Part shown: positions 1-9,051 of the stretch, piece after piece | How the letters are laid out: every line of letters begins with the position of its first letter | How positions within the stretch are numbered: position 1 is the stretch's first letter | Source of the DNA: an uncultured virus (IMG/VR IMGVR_UViG_3300020577_005857) | Taxonomy: Duplodnaviria; Heunggongvirae; Uroviricota; Caudoviricetes | Virus record (IMG/VR): IMGVR_UViG_3300020577_005857 | Reading direction: 5' to 3' (one strand) | Length of the DNA stretch: 64,000 bases | Notes under the pieces: model-generated | The model's input: only the letters and a program-made list of their open reading frames with translations | The model's database searches: none | Told to the model about the DNA's origin: nothing | Translations under genes and position numbers: made by a program

Positions 1-122
1 AGTATTGCGGTTGAGTATTTCTGTTGAGTATTGCGGCGGTTGAGATTGAGTATTGCGGCGGTTGAGTCTTATGTTAAGCATTGTGGGTTAGATTTAGGAT
101 GAGATTGCGGTTGAGTATTTAG
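1..122. repeat. Cluster of short direct repeats (TTGAGTATT / GCGGTTGAG)
   Basis: TTGAGTATTGCGGCGGTTGAG occurs at 24-44 and 46-66; partial copies at 1-19 and about 106-119. Truncated by the window edge. Confidence 0.75.
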
Positions 123-129
123 GTTGGGG

Positions 130-1005
130 CTATGGGTTCTGGGTGTAGGATTTAAGGGCCTGCAAGGCTGTATTACGGATGTATTCCTCATCCGAGTAAT
201 TCGCAATGTGTTGGAGGTTATAGCGGTAGCGCTCTATTTCATAGTCCTTTAGTTTGCATTGTGTAGAGTAGTGTTGCCATTTATCCAGGATATAAAATAT
301 CCCGAAGAATAATATAAGGCCTCCAGTGACTAGGGGCCAAGTTGTAGGCTCTGGGACCTCCTGGAGGGAACCGGAGAAGGTGAGGCCGAATGCATAGCGG
401 CCACGTTGCTCCACGTCGAAGCGGAGTATGTTAGTGCCTGTAGTGAGCCAGGGGGCGATATCTATGTAGGTCCAGGCCCAGCATGTGGGAGCGGTGTCGG
501 AGCAGGTGGTGTAGGCGTTGCCAAGGATTGGCGCGGCGGGAATCACTAAGGAGTTGTTGACATAGAGGGCGGCGCTGTCGTCCGCAGCGAACTGGAGTGG
601 AGCGGAAAGGACTGGTTGGGTGGTAATAATTGTCTCGTAGAAAGATACAATTGTATTGTTTGGTACGGCGAGTAATGTGGCGTGCGCGCCCGAGTCTGTG
701 TAAGATATCCATGTGGAATTTATCCAAGCTGGGTGTGGGATAATGGTTTGGACTGTGCAAGGTGCTGGGGTACAGATTTCGTTGCCATCGCTGAGGATGG
801 GCGCGGCGGGGAGGATAAGGGCGCACAGGAGGAGCGCCCACGTGCCCAGCTTGATTTCATTTGCAACAGCTTCTTTGACGCGCCGCGACAAATCAACCGT
901 AAAGCAGACACGACAATTGTCTCCCTCGTACTCGTGTGCGCCATAGATGCCGATTTTGTCGGCCATCTCTTCAACAATATCCGCAATGGTTTCTATAAAT
1001 GGCAT
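130..1005 (-). CDS. PEP-CTERM-motif membrane protein with beta-sandwich (lectin-like) domain, apparently chimeric
   Basis: Internal hydrophobic signal-like stretch WALLLCALILPAAP; LQFAADDSAALYVN-type domain; VPEP followed by TM segment TTWPLVTGGLILFFGIFYIL. Confidence 0.7.
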   Translation of the reverse strand: MPFIETIADIVEEMADKIGIYGAHEYEGDNCRVCFTVDLSRRVKEAVANEIKLGTWALLLCALILPAAPILSDGNEICTPAPCTVQTIIPHPAWINSTWISYTDSGAHATLLAVPNNTIVSFYETIITTQPVLSAPLQFAADDSAALYVNNSLVIPAAPILGNAYTTCSDTAPTCWAWTYIDIAPWLTTGTNILRFDVEQRGRYAFGLTFSGSLQEVPEPTTWPLVTGGLILFFGIFYILDKWQHYSTQCKLKDYEIERYRYNLQHIANYSDEEYIRNTALQALKSYTQNP

Positions 1006-1241
1006 TCCTGCTCTCCTTCCCGCGCGATGGTCGCGCGAATGGCCGATCTGAACTTTTCGATGGCGTAGCTATAATCGTCCCGACCCCACTGTGGGCATTC
1101 GGCAGATGTGTGCAGATGCTCCTCCGCCGCCCTCTCCGCCTCCTCCAGGCCCTCGATGTGGCCTTGGGCGCGGGCGGCGTCGAATTCATCGGCGAGCGGC
1201 ACAGAGCCGTGCGCCTTCTTCAGCGCCCATTCACTTGGCAT
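993..1241 (-). CDS. Hypothetical phage protein
   Basis: Overlaps neighbouring genes in a tightly packed minus-strand operon. Confidence 0.55.
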   Translation of the reverse strand: MPSEWALKKAHGSVPLADEFDAARAQGHIEGLEEAERAAEEHLHTSAECPQWGRDDYSYAIEKFRSAIRATIAREGEQECHL

Positions 1242-1575
1242 GCTTCCTCACTTTCTTTGCCAGCCGGGCAGCACGCGCCTTCAGTACCGCGCAGTGCGTC
1301 TCAAGAAACTCTTGGATGGCAGACTCGCAGCAATCATCGTCCGGCTGCGGATTAGGCTCGAAGTACTTCGCCAATTCCAGTAACATGGCGATCCTGCCCG
1401 CGTCGTAGGCCCGCCCGGCAATCACGCGAGGTTCGAAATGTGTAAGACTGGCGCCTTGGATGGTGCCAATTCTAATAGCCGCCTCAATCGCTTTACGTCG
1501 CGTCATACCCAATCGCCTCCCGCCAGCGCGCCCTGCGAATGCAGCCATTCCGCGCCGGATCTGTTCGTGTGTCAT
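1231..1575 (-). CDS. Hypothetical phage protein
   Basis: GGAGG RBS before ATG (MTHEQ); part of the packed operon. Confidence 0.5.
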   Translation of the reverse strand: MTHEQIRRGMAAFAGRAGGRRLGMTRRKAIEAAIRIGTIQGASLTHFEPRVIAGRAYDAGRIAMLLELAKYFEPNPQPDDDCCESAIQEFLETHCAVLKARAARLAKKVRKHAK

Positions 1576-1611
1576 CGCTTCCTCCTCCAAAGCTGCGAGA
1601 TTCTGGCAGCA

Positions 1612-1836
1612 TTAGGGTAGGATCTCCGTTACTGGGATTTGCGTGAGGTCTTTGGTCCAATCCATTGCGGCCCACTCGGTGGGGGTGTAGACGTGGCTGT
1701 AGCCGGGGAACAGTCCCTTGTTTCCGTAATGTATAACGGTGTCGCGGGAGGGGGCGTAAACAGTGGCGAAAGACTTACGGTGGACTGAGCCGAGTCCGAA
1801 AGAAACGTAGAAGAGATCTGAGGGAGAGTTTGGCAT
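1612..1836 (-). CDS. Hypothetical phage protein
   Basis: GAGG RBS, ATG start, part of the packed operon. Confidence 0.55.
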   Translation of the reverse strand: MPNSPSDLFYVSFGLGSVHRKSFATVYAPSRDTVIHYGNKGLFPGYSHVYTPTEWAAMDWTKDLTQIPVTEILP

Positions 1837-1936
1837 GTGCGTACCTCGATGGAAAGTTTTGAGATTAGGTCTACTAGTTTGCGAGTGGCTTTGCGTTGAC
1901 GCTCGCGGATTTTGCGTGAAGGGTAATGTTTACTGC

Positions 1937-2218
1937 TCATTTTCCGAACTCCTTGCGGGTAGCAGAGGGTGCGGTGGGGTCGTGGTATGGGGCTGTTAGA
2001 GACTCTAATAGGGCATAGTTGGCGATATTGATTAGGTGCTCCCGGTTGCCGGTGGCCTTGTAGCGAGTGAGTTCTGTAGCAAGGCGCTGGGTGTAGGCCT
2101 TACGCCGGTCTGGGGAACCATAGCGATGATTCCCTATGATGAGGCGGTTTATCATGCCCTGAAGGAATTCCTGCACGGCACGGGGAAAGGCTACGTGTTT
2201 AGAGGTTTTGAGTTCCAT
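1937..2218 (-). CDS. Small all-alpha protein, possibly dNTP pyrophosphohydrolase (MazG-like superfamily)
   Basis: RLIIGNHRYG...GNREHLINIANYALLE resembles phage MazG-like helical domains; weak match. Confidence 0.35.
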   Translation of the reverse strand: MELKTSKHVAFPRAVQEFLQGMINRLIIGNHRYGSPDRRKAYTQRLATELTRYKATGNREHLINIANYALLESLTAPYHDPTAPSATRKEFGK

Positions 2219-2367
2219 AATCTAGTTATTGGGGCCCACAAGAAGTGCAGCCAACACCGCCACATTCAGCCAGTGGGGCGAAATGTTGGCAAGACTCACA
2301 CGATTTCTGTACCGGCTTATAGTTCGTGAACACCTGCACAAAAGTTTGAAGTGCTGCCTTGGCTGGT

Positions 2368-2634
2368 TTAGGCTCTTTGTTCATTGAGTTGACGTTTCCT
2401 TTCTTGGATGAATGGCAGTACAGTGGTGTTGTAATAGGGCTTGGCCAAGGCTATTGCCTCCGCGTGGGTAGAGGCTGGAGGTGCTTCGAAGCTACGGTAA
2501 GCTGAGAGGTGTATCCATACGAGACAGATTTCCCCGGATAGAGTGCGATGGAATACTGCCCCGGTGTCGGCAGCCCATTCGAAGTCGGCAATGATTGCCT
2601 TGAGGTATGAGATGACTTTTTGAGGGTCTGTCAT
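2368..2634 (-). CDS. Hypothetical phage protein
   Basis: ATGA start/stop coupling with the upstream gene. Confidence 0.55.
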   Translation of the reverse strand: MTDPQKVISYLKAIIADFEWAADTGAVFHRTLSGEICLVWIHLSAYRSFEAPPASTHAEAIALAKPYYNTTVLPFIQERKRQLNEQRA

Positions 2635-2864
2635 GCGGGTTTTCTGCGTACCATGGTTATGGTGTAGTATTTGTTATTGGGACTGGTTACCTGTTTGGTG
2701 GAGATGAGACCAATGAAGGCATAGGCTGAGATGAGGTTGCGAAGAGTTGGGGCTGATATGCCAGTGACCTCCGAGAGCTTTCCTATGGAGATCCATTCTT
2801 CAGAAAGATGAGATTGGACTATGGGCCAGTCTCGCTGGGCTGATTTGTTTATTTGGGAGAACAT
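2631..2864 (-). CDS. Winged-helix DNA-binding protein
   Basis: WISIGKLSEVTGISAPTLRNLI HTH pattern followed by a beta wing. Confidence 0.6.
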   Translation of the reverse strand: MFSQINKSAQRDWPIVQSHLSEEWISIGKLSEVTGISAPTLRNLISAYAFIGLISTKQVTSPNNKYYTITMVRRKPA

Positions 2865-3142
2865 TAGGCCTCAGGTACCCCATTGGGAAGTACTATGGTT
2901 TCGTAGATTTCCTTGGCAGCAGCTACAGCGGCGAACACATCTTCAGCCCATGGACCGTAGACTATAGTCATGGATGTAGGCATACTCCAGGTTACACGAA
3001 AGCGATTGTTGATAAAGTCTGCTTCTATATAACCGTTGGTGTCGTAGAGCCATATGGCTGTGTCACGAAATGGCCGATCTTCTGTAAGATCTGGGAGTTC
3101 GTGCCAGTGGCTCCAGGGTGGATCTTGAATACGGTTTTTCAT
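2864..3142 (-). CDS. Hypothetical phage protein
   Basis: Translationally coupled ORF. Confidence 0.55.
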   Translation of the reverse strand: MKNRIQDPPWSHWHELPDLTEDRPFRDTAIWLYDTNGYIEADFINNRFRVTWSMPTSMTIVYGPWAEDVFAAVAAAKEIYETIVLPNGVPEA

Positions 3143-3324
3143 AGGTTGAATACTCTTGCTAGAGCCGTTATGGGTTTTTTGATGTTATCTTCTCCAGAAG
3201 CTTCTCCTAGGGTGTAGACTTCGCGGAGGGCTTCAGCTATGGTTTGGGTGCGGGTCTCGGGAGCGGCGTAGCCGAGGCTGTTTTCGAGTTTGGAAGCAAG
3301 GGCAAGGAAGTCGGGTTCGCTCAT
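3139..3324 (-). CDS. Hypothetical phage protein
   Basis: GGAG RBS; coupled ORF. Confidence 0.55.
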   Translation of the reverse strand: MSEPDFLALASKLENSLGYAAPETRTQTIAEALREVYTLGEASGEDNIKKPITALARVFNL

Positions 3325-3601
3325 TTTTTGCTCCTTTGTGCAATGAGACGAGCTAGTCGCAGAGCTTCATCATTGCTAATTAATAGACTAGTCCCAGATT
3401 TGAGAACTATTTCTTGGCGCTCGCTGGGATCTAGGGTGATGCTGGCTATTTCGAATGGGTCGATAAACCAGCCATTGTCCAAGTAGATTAGGCCCCACAG
3501 TCCTGGTAGGGTTGCACTGCCGAATTCAAGCTTAGCTAGTATGTCCAGCGGGTTTGGTTCTGGGGTAGGAGCTGACGGGACGGGTTTGGGCCATGGCCAG
3601 T

Positions 3602-3913
3602 TCATGATGGGTCCTGCCAAAAAGCGGTGCTGCATTTGGGACAGCGGACAATACGGGATACTGGAACAGGATTCCAATCCATAGGACTGCCTACGTACAT
3701 GACTAGAGGCTGATCTTGAGAATGGCCTTGACCAGCGGTCCAGGGTGGAGCCATGTAGGCGCAGGTTGGGTTCGGGCACTGTCCATTGCAGTTCGGTGGC
3801 ATGGGTGCGCCGAACTGGAGACGCGGCTGACAAGGGATGATGGTAGTCTGAGCTGAGGCCCAGAGGGATGAGAGGAATGCAGCGATAGTGGTGAAGAATG
3901 CTGAACGGTTCAT
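3602..3913 (-). CDS. Small secreted-type Cys-rich protein
   Basis: N-terminal MNRSAFFTTIAAFLSSLWASAQ signal-like peptide; CxxPxC and CPKC motifs. Confidence 0.5.
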   Translation of the reverse strand: MNRSAFFTTIAAFLSSLWASAQTTIIPCQPRLQFGAPMPPNCNGQCPNPTCAYMAPPWTAGQGHSQDQPLVMYVGSPMDWNPVPVSRIVRCPKCSTAFWQDPS

Positions 3914-4085
3914 ATCAGGCCTCCGGGCGGATCGTATAGGTTGAAGATCTTGGCACAGTGCTTGGGAGCTTGCAGCATTACCCCACGATAGGAGAAAAGG
4001 TAGCCTACGGATTTGGGTTTGGGTTTGGGGGCAATGATTGCCTCTATGACTGCACCCAGGAGGAAACCGAATAAGTGTAGTGTTT

Positions 4086-4346
4086 TCATAGGTTTACGGC
4101 CTTTTTCTTGGAGTGGTATCGGTTCATGACCATGTTGTCCCGATGGCGGGGGCAGCAGTAAATTTGGTTGGGCCAGCGAGGTATGAATTCTTGGTGGCAG
4201 GGTGGGTAAGCGCATTTGAGGGGTAATGATTGCGGCGATGGGAGGCAGCGCTGGTGGATGAACCCGGAGCCGTGGGGAGAGCGAGCTCCGGGTTGCTGGC
4301 AGAATATGCAGCGATGAGTTAACGGGCTGTAACCTGCACGTGGCAT
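4086..4346 (-). CDS. Zinc-finger-like hypothetical protein
   Basis: CIFC...HQRC and CAYPPC...CCPRH motifs. Confidence 0.45.
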   Translation of the reverse strand: MPRAGYSPLTHRCIFCQQPGARSPHGSGFIHQRCLPSPQSLPLKCAYPPCHQEFIPRWPNQIYCCPRHRDNMVMNRYHSKKKAVNL

Positions 4347-4347
4347 G

Positions 4348-5034
4348 TTAGATCACTGGTGGTGTTTTGGGCTTTTCGATGACAGCGAGCCGGATCATGG
4401 AGATAGCTTGCTCGTCTGTGAGGTCCAGGTCGGAGGCCAAAGTGAGTACTGCTGCCCGCATATCCTTAAGGGAGTTGACGGCAGGTTGGAATCTTTGAAT
4501 GAAATCCCGGACAGGTAGGGCGAAAAGCTCCTCACCCATGGGGAAATAGATGTGATCTGGGCGCAATTCCAGCGGATATCGTGGGTCTTTTCCGATGAAA
4601 TTGGGACTGGCTGCTTCGGCTTCTGAGAATGAAATAGTATCCAAGAATGGGGGCATTCCCTGCATTTCAAAGACCCACTTGTATTGAACCATAGTCTGCA
4701 CAGCATCCTTGTGCGCCATGGTAGGTGTGTACAGGGTGTAGAATTGCTGAGAACCGATGGGCACACGGTCGAGATTGAGGGATGCATTGCGGGCAATGAC
4801 CGTGTATTCTCGCGTAGAAGTGGGGGCGGAAAAGCCTGGAATAAGGGACTTTAGACGTTCTATTTGGGAGAGCCGTTGGACTGCGGTTGTGTCCGTCCAG
4901 AATCTTGATAGGGAATTGGTGTCTCTGGGAATATTTCCGTAGGAGATCTGGGCGCGCCAGTCGGCGGAATCAGTGTAGGTGGTGATGCCGGAAGGGGCGT
5001 GAAGTCTAGCTGGAAGTGGATTCATTCTGTGCAT
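4348..5034 (-). CDS. Hypothetical phage protein
   Basis: Long ORF; probable start at MHRMNP after an AAGG RBS. Confidence 0.55.
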   Translation of the reverse strand: MHRMNPLPARLHAPSGITTYTDSADWRAQISYGNIPRDTNSLSRFWTDTTAVQRLSQIERLKSLIPGFSAPTSTREYTVIARNASLNLDRVPIGSQQFYTLYTPTMAHKDAVQTMVQYKWVFEMQGMPPFLDTISFSEAEAASPNFIGKDPRYPLELRPDHIYFPMGEELFALPVRDFIQRFQPAVNSLKDMRAAVLTLASDLDLTDEQAISMIRLAVIEKPKTPPVI

Positions 5035-5353
5035 ACCTTTCTTGGAATTTGTAGTCTTTGAAGTACTCAATCGCTGCATGGCCTTTTGAAGTGATCGAAA
5101 GCCAACGGCGGGGAAGCCCACGATTAGAGGGATTAGCATCTCGTTCGGAGGTAATGAGCCCGAATTGCTCAAGCCGGTTCAGGGCATTGTGCTGCGGGGC
5201 TGGGTTGCTGGGTTTATGTCGTTTCGCGATGGCATCGGCTTCTTTAGCCACACGACTAGCAAAACGATCTGGGGCTGGGAGATTCAGGATGGCTAGGAGC
5301 AGGAAGTATTGCCGCTCAGTAAGAGCTAGCCGGGAGACATCAGAATTTTCCAT
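5006..5353 (-). CDS. PadR-family winged-helix transcription regulator
   Basis: LLLAIL...NALNRLEQFGLITS...PRRWLSITSKG matches the PadR pattern (LxRLExxGli...RrYxiTxxG). Confidence 0.75.
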   Translation of the reverse strand: MENSDVSRLALTERQYFLLLAILNLPAPDRFASRVAKEADAIAKRHKPSNPAPQHNALNRLEQFGLITSERDANPSNRGLPRRWLSITSKGHAAIEYFKDYKFQERYAQNESTSS

Positions 5354-5361
5354 ACGTGAAT

Positions 5362-5391
5362 AGTATAGAGGAACGAAGGCTCAAATGTCAA
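5362..5391 (-). promoter_or_regulatory. Sigma70-type promoter for the PadR-led leftward operon
   Basis: TTGACA-18 bp-TATACT, ending just upstream of the ATG at 5353 (near-leaderless). Confidence 0.65.
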
Positions 5392-5471
5392 GGAAAATTT
5401 TTTGGTTGGGGCGGGGGTGGCTAGAGGGGCCGACCCCCGATTGAGAAGCATCGTATAGGGCAGTTGAGGAA

Positions 5472-5500
5472 ATTATGCGGCAGCCGAGAGAGGAAGTCAA
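5472..5500 (-). promoter_or_regulatory. Second leftward sigma70-type promoter
   Basis: TTGACT-17 bp-CATAAT. Confidence 0.5.
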
Positions 5501-5513
5501 GAGAAAATTGAAG

Positions 5514-5756
5514 TGTAAAGAAAGGTTGGCGAATTGTAAAGTTTGGCCTAATCACTAAGCGTTCATCGATATAAAGGTAGTTCAGGGCCCGGGGGAAACT
5601 TTACAATCCGTAAAGGTTTCTTAACACTTTTAGGAACTAATATATTATAAAAAAATATTTATAGGTATGTGAAGAGAGAGGAAGAAAGGTGAGTATTGGG
5701 GGTACCTCCCTAGTTGTTTTTTCTTCCCCAATATTACTTGGCAAAATGTAAAGTTT
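5514..5756. repeat. TGTAAAG(TTT) repeated sites with an AT-rich tract
   Basis: TGTAAAGTTT at 5535 and 5747, inverted copy at 5596-5605, partial copies at 5514, 5570 and 5609; AT-rich at about 5620-5665. Confidence 0.55.
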
Positions 5757-7014
5757 CCTCCCGGTCTATGGTAAGGATCTGGGCACGTTGTAGGCGAGAG
5801 AGGAAGTCATCTGTCCAGGTGATGATAGGCTCTAGATGAGTAGTCTGCTGGAGAACTCCTAACTCTACCAGCTCTTCGACCTCGGTATAGAGTGCCGTCT
5901 TGGGGATACGTGAGGCCTTGGATAGTTCCGGACGTGTCATAGGGGTACCGTCCCAGGGAAGGGTCTCCAGAATGGTCTTACGATAATGGGGTATGGCGTC
6001 CATTAGGAGCTTTCTGACGAGCCGCAGCTCAGGGGGGCCTATGGAGGGTCGCCCCGACATGATCAAGTGGCCCTTGGCTACGTATTGCGCAGCAGCGGCC
6101 AATCTGGAGGGGAACTCTGGTTGGGCTACGAAGGTGATCCGGCCCCGGTGGTCACGTTCTACGGGGGTCTGTAGGAGGGCTACCATGTCTACGGTATGGA
6201 GAAGGGATTCTTCAAAGTCAGAGGATGTGGTCAAGACTAGGGGAGGATTCGCGCGCAGGTCTGAAATCCAGGAGGTGGAGAATAGATTCTCTACACGCTC
6301 ACGTAGGGAGGCGGATACGCTATCTCTATGCGGGGCCTGCCGAGTTACCCAGCGCATAGCTTCGATGCGGTCAGGGGGAGTTTTCCAGCGGACGTTGATG
6401 AAGCGCTCACCCAGCATGCGGAAGCGGCTCCAGTAGCGTTCTACCTGGGGAGTTCCGGCAGCGATGGTGGTGACCCTACCGCTCCAGCCGACGTTTCCCA
6501 TGCCAGTTTTCTTAGTAACGTTACCGTCCCAGACTTCGCGGAAGATTGAGGCGATCTCCATTACCTCCTGGTGGGGCTTCGATATGAGCGTGGTGAAATC
6601 CTTGAAAGCCCAGATCATTGTCTTGGAATTCTCCCCCATTTGGAGAAGTCCTTTCTCAGCATTGTCTCCTTTGTACCCACTGAGGAAGGCTGCCCGTGTA
6701 ACTTGGGATAGGATGTGCGTGCGGTAGAGATTCTTGCAGGGCTCGATGGCTAGTGCGGTTTTACCCGTGCCGGAATCTCCTAGGAGAAAGAACCATGCAG
6801 GCTTGTCCGGTATTGCGTAATGCGCGCAAATTGCGGAATAAACCAGACGTAATGCATCTAAATCTGGACAATAAAACCACTCTAATATATATTCGGCTAG
6901 GGTGTCCCAGCGGGCGGCAAGGGGCCCTTGGCCGCAAAGGCCAAATCCGCATTCTGCGGGTCCATATAAAGATTCGGCGAGTGTGATGTTTTTTTGAACG
7001 GGGGCGGGGAGCAC
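5734..7014 (-). CDS. AAA+ (MCM-like) P-loop ATPase with C-terminal winged helix; putative replicative helicase/initiator
   Basis: Walker A GDSGTGKT, Walker B-like WAFKDFTT, LGERF arginine finger, C-terminal HTH (MTRPELSKASRIPKTALY). Confidence 0.65.
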   Translation of the reverse strand: MLPAPVQKNITLAESLYGPAECGFGLCGQGPLAARWDTLAEYILEWFYCPDLDALRLVYSAICAHYAIPDKPAWFFLLGDSGTGKTALAIEPCKNLYRTHILSQVTRAAFLSGYKGDNAEKGLLQMGENSKTMIWAFKDFTTLISKPHQEVMEIASIFREVWDGNVTKKTGMGNVGWSGRVTTIAAGTPQVERYWSRFRMLGERFINVRWKTPPDRIEAMRWVTRQAPHRDSVSASLRERVENLFSTSWISDLRANPPLVLTTSSDFEESLLHTVDMVALLQTPVERDHRGRITFVAQPEFPSRLAAAAQYVAKGHLIMSGRPSIGPPELRLVRKLLMDAIPHYRKTILETLPWDGTPMTRPELSKASRIPKTALYTEVEELVELGVLQQTTHLEPIITWTDDFLSRLQRAQILTIDREETLHFAK

Positions 7015-7021
7015 AGATGGT

Positions 7022-7102
7022 ATCCTATCACAGGTTGTTATAAAATGTAAAGAAAACTTTACTTTTTGTCTTGACTGCTGCGCGTATGTGCGGTACTATA
7101 AT
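7022..7102. promoter_or_regulatory. Divergent promoter pair
   Basis: Rightward TTGACT(7071)-17 bp-TACTAT with overlapping TATAAT; leftward TTTACA-18 bp-TAGGAT (7051-7022). TGTAAAG/CTTTAC sites lie between them. Confidence 0.55.
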
Positions 7103-7105
7103 TAT

Positions 7106-7348
7106 ATGCTGGCACGAGTTAAGACAACACCATTCAATATGGCAATCGCTATCCGCGACGATCAGGGCAAATTTCTGCGTATGTTGAGAGCCGCGAACGA
7201 CTGGAACATGGAGCAAGCCGCAGCGGCAGTGAATGTGAGCCGTCAGACATGGCATTCCTGGGAGCGGGGCAAGAGCGAAATGCGCATGGAGCACTTGCGT
7301 GTCATATTAAGATTGTGGGAGACCACATTCGGCGAGGTGGCCGCATGA
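7106..7348 (+). CDS. XRE/Cro-like HTH regulator
   Basis: LRMLRAANDWNMEQAAAAVNVSRQTWHSWERGK is a classic HTH_3 pattern. Confidence 0.85.
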   Translation: MLARVKTTPFNMAIAIRDDQGKFLRMLRAANDWNMEQAAAAVNVSRQTWHSWERGKSEMRMEHLRVILRLWETTFGEVAA

Positions 7349-8157
7349 CGCGCGAGGAAAACGTGGCGATTTTCTGGAAGAGTCTTGCGGTGAATCTGCG
7401 CAAGGCCTTTCCTAAGCTGGAGTTCCTACGTGAAGTGAATCTTGGACCATTGCAGGATGAGGCGGAAATCCTTTGGCGTCATGCAGATAGGGACGATTGG
7501 TGGGCCTTTACTCCAGGCTTGAACTGGACCATAGATCAGATAGCAACGATTGCCTTCACCATTGGGAAAGGATTCAAGTTCTCTGTCGAGACAGATGTGA
7601 TGAAGGCTCATGAATGGAAGCAAAGCCTGTACGGGGAACAGAATGTAGGAGATCTGATCACGGTGAACCGGCCACGCTGCGAAGTGTGCAAGAGCCCGCA
7701 TCTAGTTGAGATTGAGCTACTGTTGGCGAGGGGCACAGGATTGAAGCAACTGGCAGGCATTATGAAATTCAGTGAGCGTACGCTGCGAAGCCATCATAAG
7801 TATTGTATGGCTGAGCGTATGGAGCGGCTGGAGGCCTCCATGGGGAATGTTTTGGACCTGGAGGCTACAATGGGAGCAGCGGGTATGCTCTCAAAGGCCT
7901 ACAATAAAGCGGATAAGCTGGCGGATCTGGCAGCGGAGCGGAGTGAACTAGGATTAGCAGGAACATTCGTTGACAAAATGAAGGAGATTGCGGTTACTAG
8001 CGCAGAACTAAGTGGAGAGAGGCAAGTGGCAGCCACCCCAACGGGAGGGGCTATGTTGCCTCAGGGTGGTGGATCAGTTAATATTGTGTACATGCCTACG
8101 GCCAAACGAAAGCCACCGGCACAGATCATTGACGGAACTGTCATTGAGGAGGAGTGA
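7345..8157 (+). CDS. Zn-finger/HTH protein, possible terminase small subunit
   Basis: CEVC...H, HTH, HHKYC, then a helical region and a variable tail; first gene of the late arm. Confidence 0.4.
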   Translation: MTREENVAIFWKSLAVNLRKAFPKLEFLREVNLGPLQDEAEILWRHADRDDWWAFTPGLNWTIDQIATIAFTIGKGFKFSVETDVMKAHEWKQSLYGEQNVGDLITVNRPRCEVCKSPHLVEIELLLARGTGLKQLAGIMKFSERTLRSHHKYCMAERMERLEASMGNVLDLEATMGAAGMLSKAYNKADKLADLAAERSELGLAGTFVDKMKEIAVTSAELSGERQVAATPTGGAMLPQGGGSVNIVYMPTAKRKPPAQIIDGTVIEEE

Positions 8158-8741
8158 TGAAGACTTTAGCGGTAATGTTTGTCCTTTGCCTTTGCGCGCT
8201 GGCGCAAGAGGGAACCCCGGTGGCATTGACTGAGGGGCCCTATCCGGGGCCAGATTATCAGCGGCTCTTTTACTACTCGGGGAGCAATCTTCAATATATG
8301 TGTGCGGCGCGAAGCGTACAGGGGCAGAACTCCAGTACTACAGTGAGTGGCATTACAGCGGCGGCTCCTGGAGTGTTCACCAGCACGGCGCATGGCTTCG
8401 ATACCGGAACCGCGCCAAGAGTGACAGTGAGCGGTGGTACTGGAGACTGGGCAGAAGTGAATGGGACTTGGATCTTGAGCCCAGTAGACGCAAATACATT
8501 CACAATACGAGATCCTACTACGGGTACGCAATTGGATACCTCTGGTAATACTGGAGGCATTGGGACGGTAGTGGTGCGGACGACGGCCCCCAAAACGGTT
8601 AGCCCTGTGTGGGCCATCCGAAAGTATACCTACGATGGGTCCAACAATCTGGTGGGGGCGTTTACGGCGTTTAGCGGGAGTGGGGGGAAGATGGGAAATC
8701 GCTGTTCGGATAGAGCAGCTACATACACTGAATGGAGATAA
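8157..8741 (+). CDS. Virion-type beta protein with signal peptide (E1-FCCH-like domain)
   Basis: MKTLAVMFVLCLCALAQ signal; ITAAAPGVFTSTAHGF...VTVSG motif typical of FCCH-like phage domains. Confidence 0.55.
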   Translation: MKTLAVMFVLCLCALAQEGTPVALTEGPYPGPDYQRLFYYSGSNLQYMCAARSVQGQNSSTTVSGITAAAPGVFTSTAHGFDTGTAPRVTVSGGTGDWAEVNGTWILSPVDANTFTIRDPTTGTQLDTSGNTGGIGTVVVRTTAPKTVSPVWAIRKYTYDGSNNLVGAFTAFSGSGGKMGNRCSDRAATYTEWR

Positions 8742-8743
8742 CG

Positions 8744-9051
8744 ATGCGCATTTTGATCACGGGCGTGCTTTGCACAGGATTACTTTTCTCTCAAGAAACA
8801 AAGAAGCTGTCACCCACAGAGGCGGCGGTAAAAACATGGGCAGAGGCGGAAGCCTTAGCGGCGCGCTTGCTCAAGGAGACTGATCAGTTGGCAGCAGAAT
8901 GGCAGAACAGACAAGTACAGGTCCGAGATGCTAGACTGAAACAGCGGGAGATGGAGCTGATCCTGCAATCAGAGCTGTGCGTTAAGGGACAGCGGATTAA
9001 GATTAATGATGGGAAGCCGGTCTGCGAGACCCCCCCGAAGGAGAACAAAGA

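Noticed and set aside
1..122. CRISPR array
   Set aside because: Repeats are short and irregular with no unique 25-45 nt spacers.
5417..5430. 14-bp inverted match to about 63966-63979 as a terminal repeat or att site
   Set aside because: Several 14-mer matches are expected by chance in 64 kb, and there is no supporting structure.
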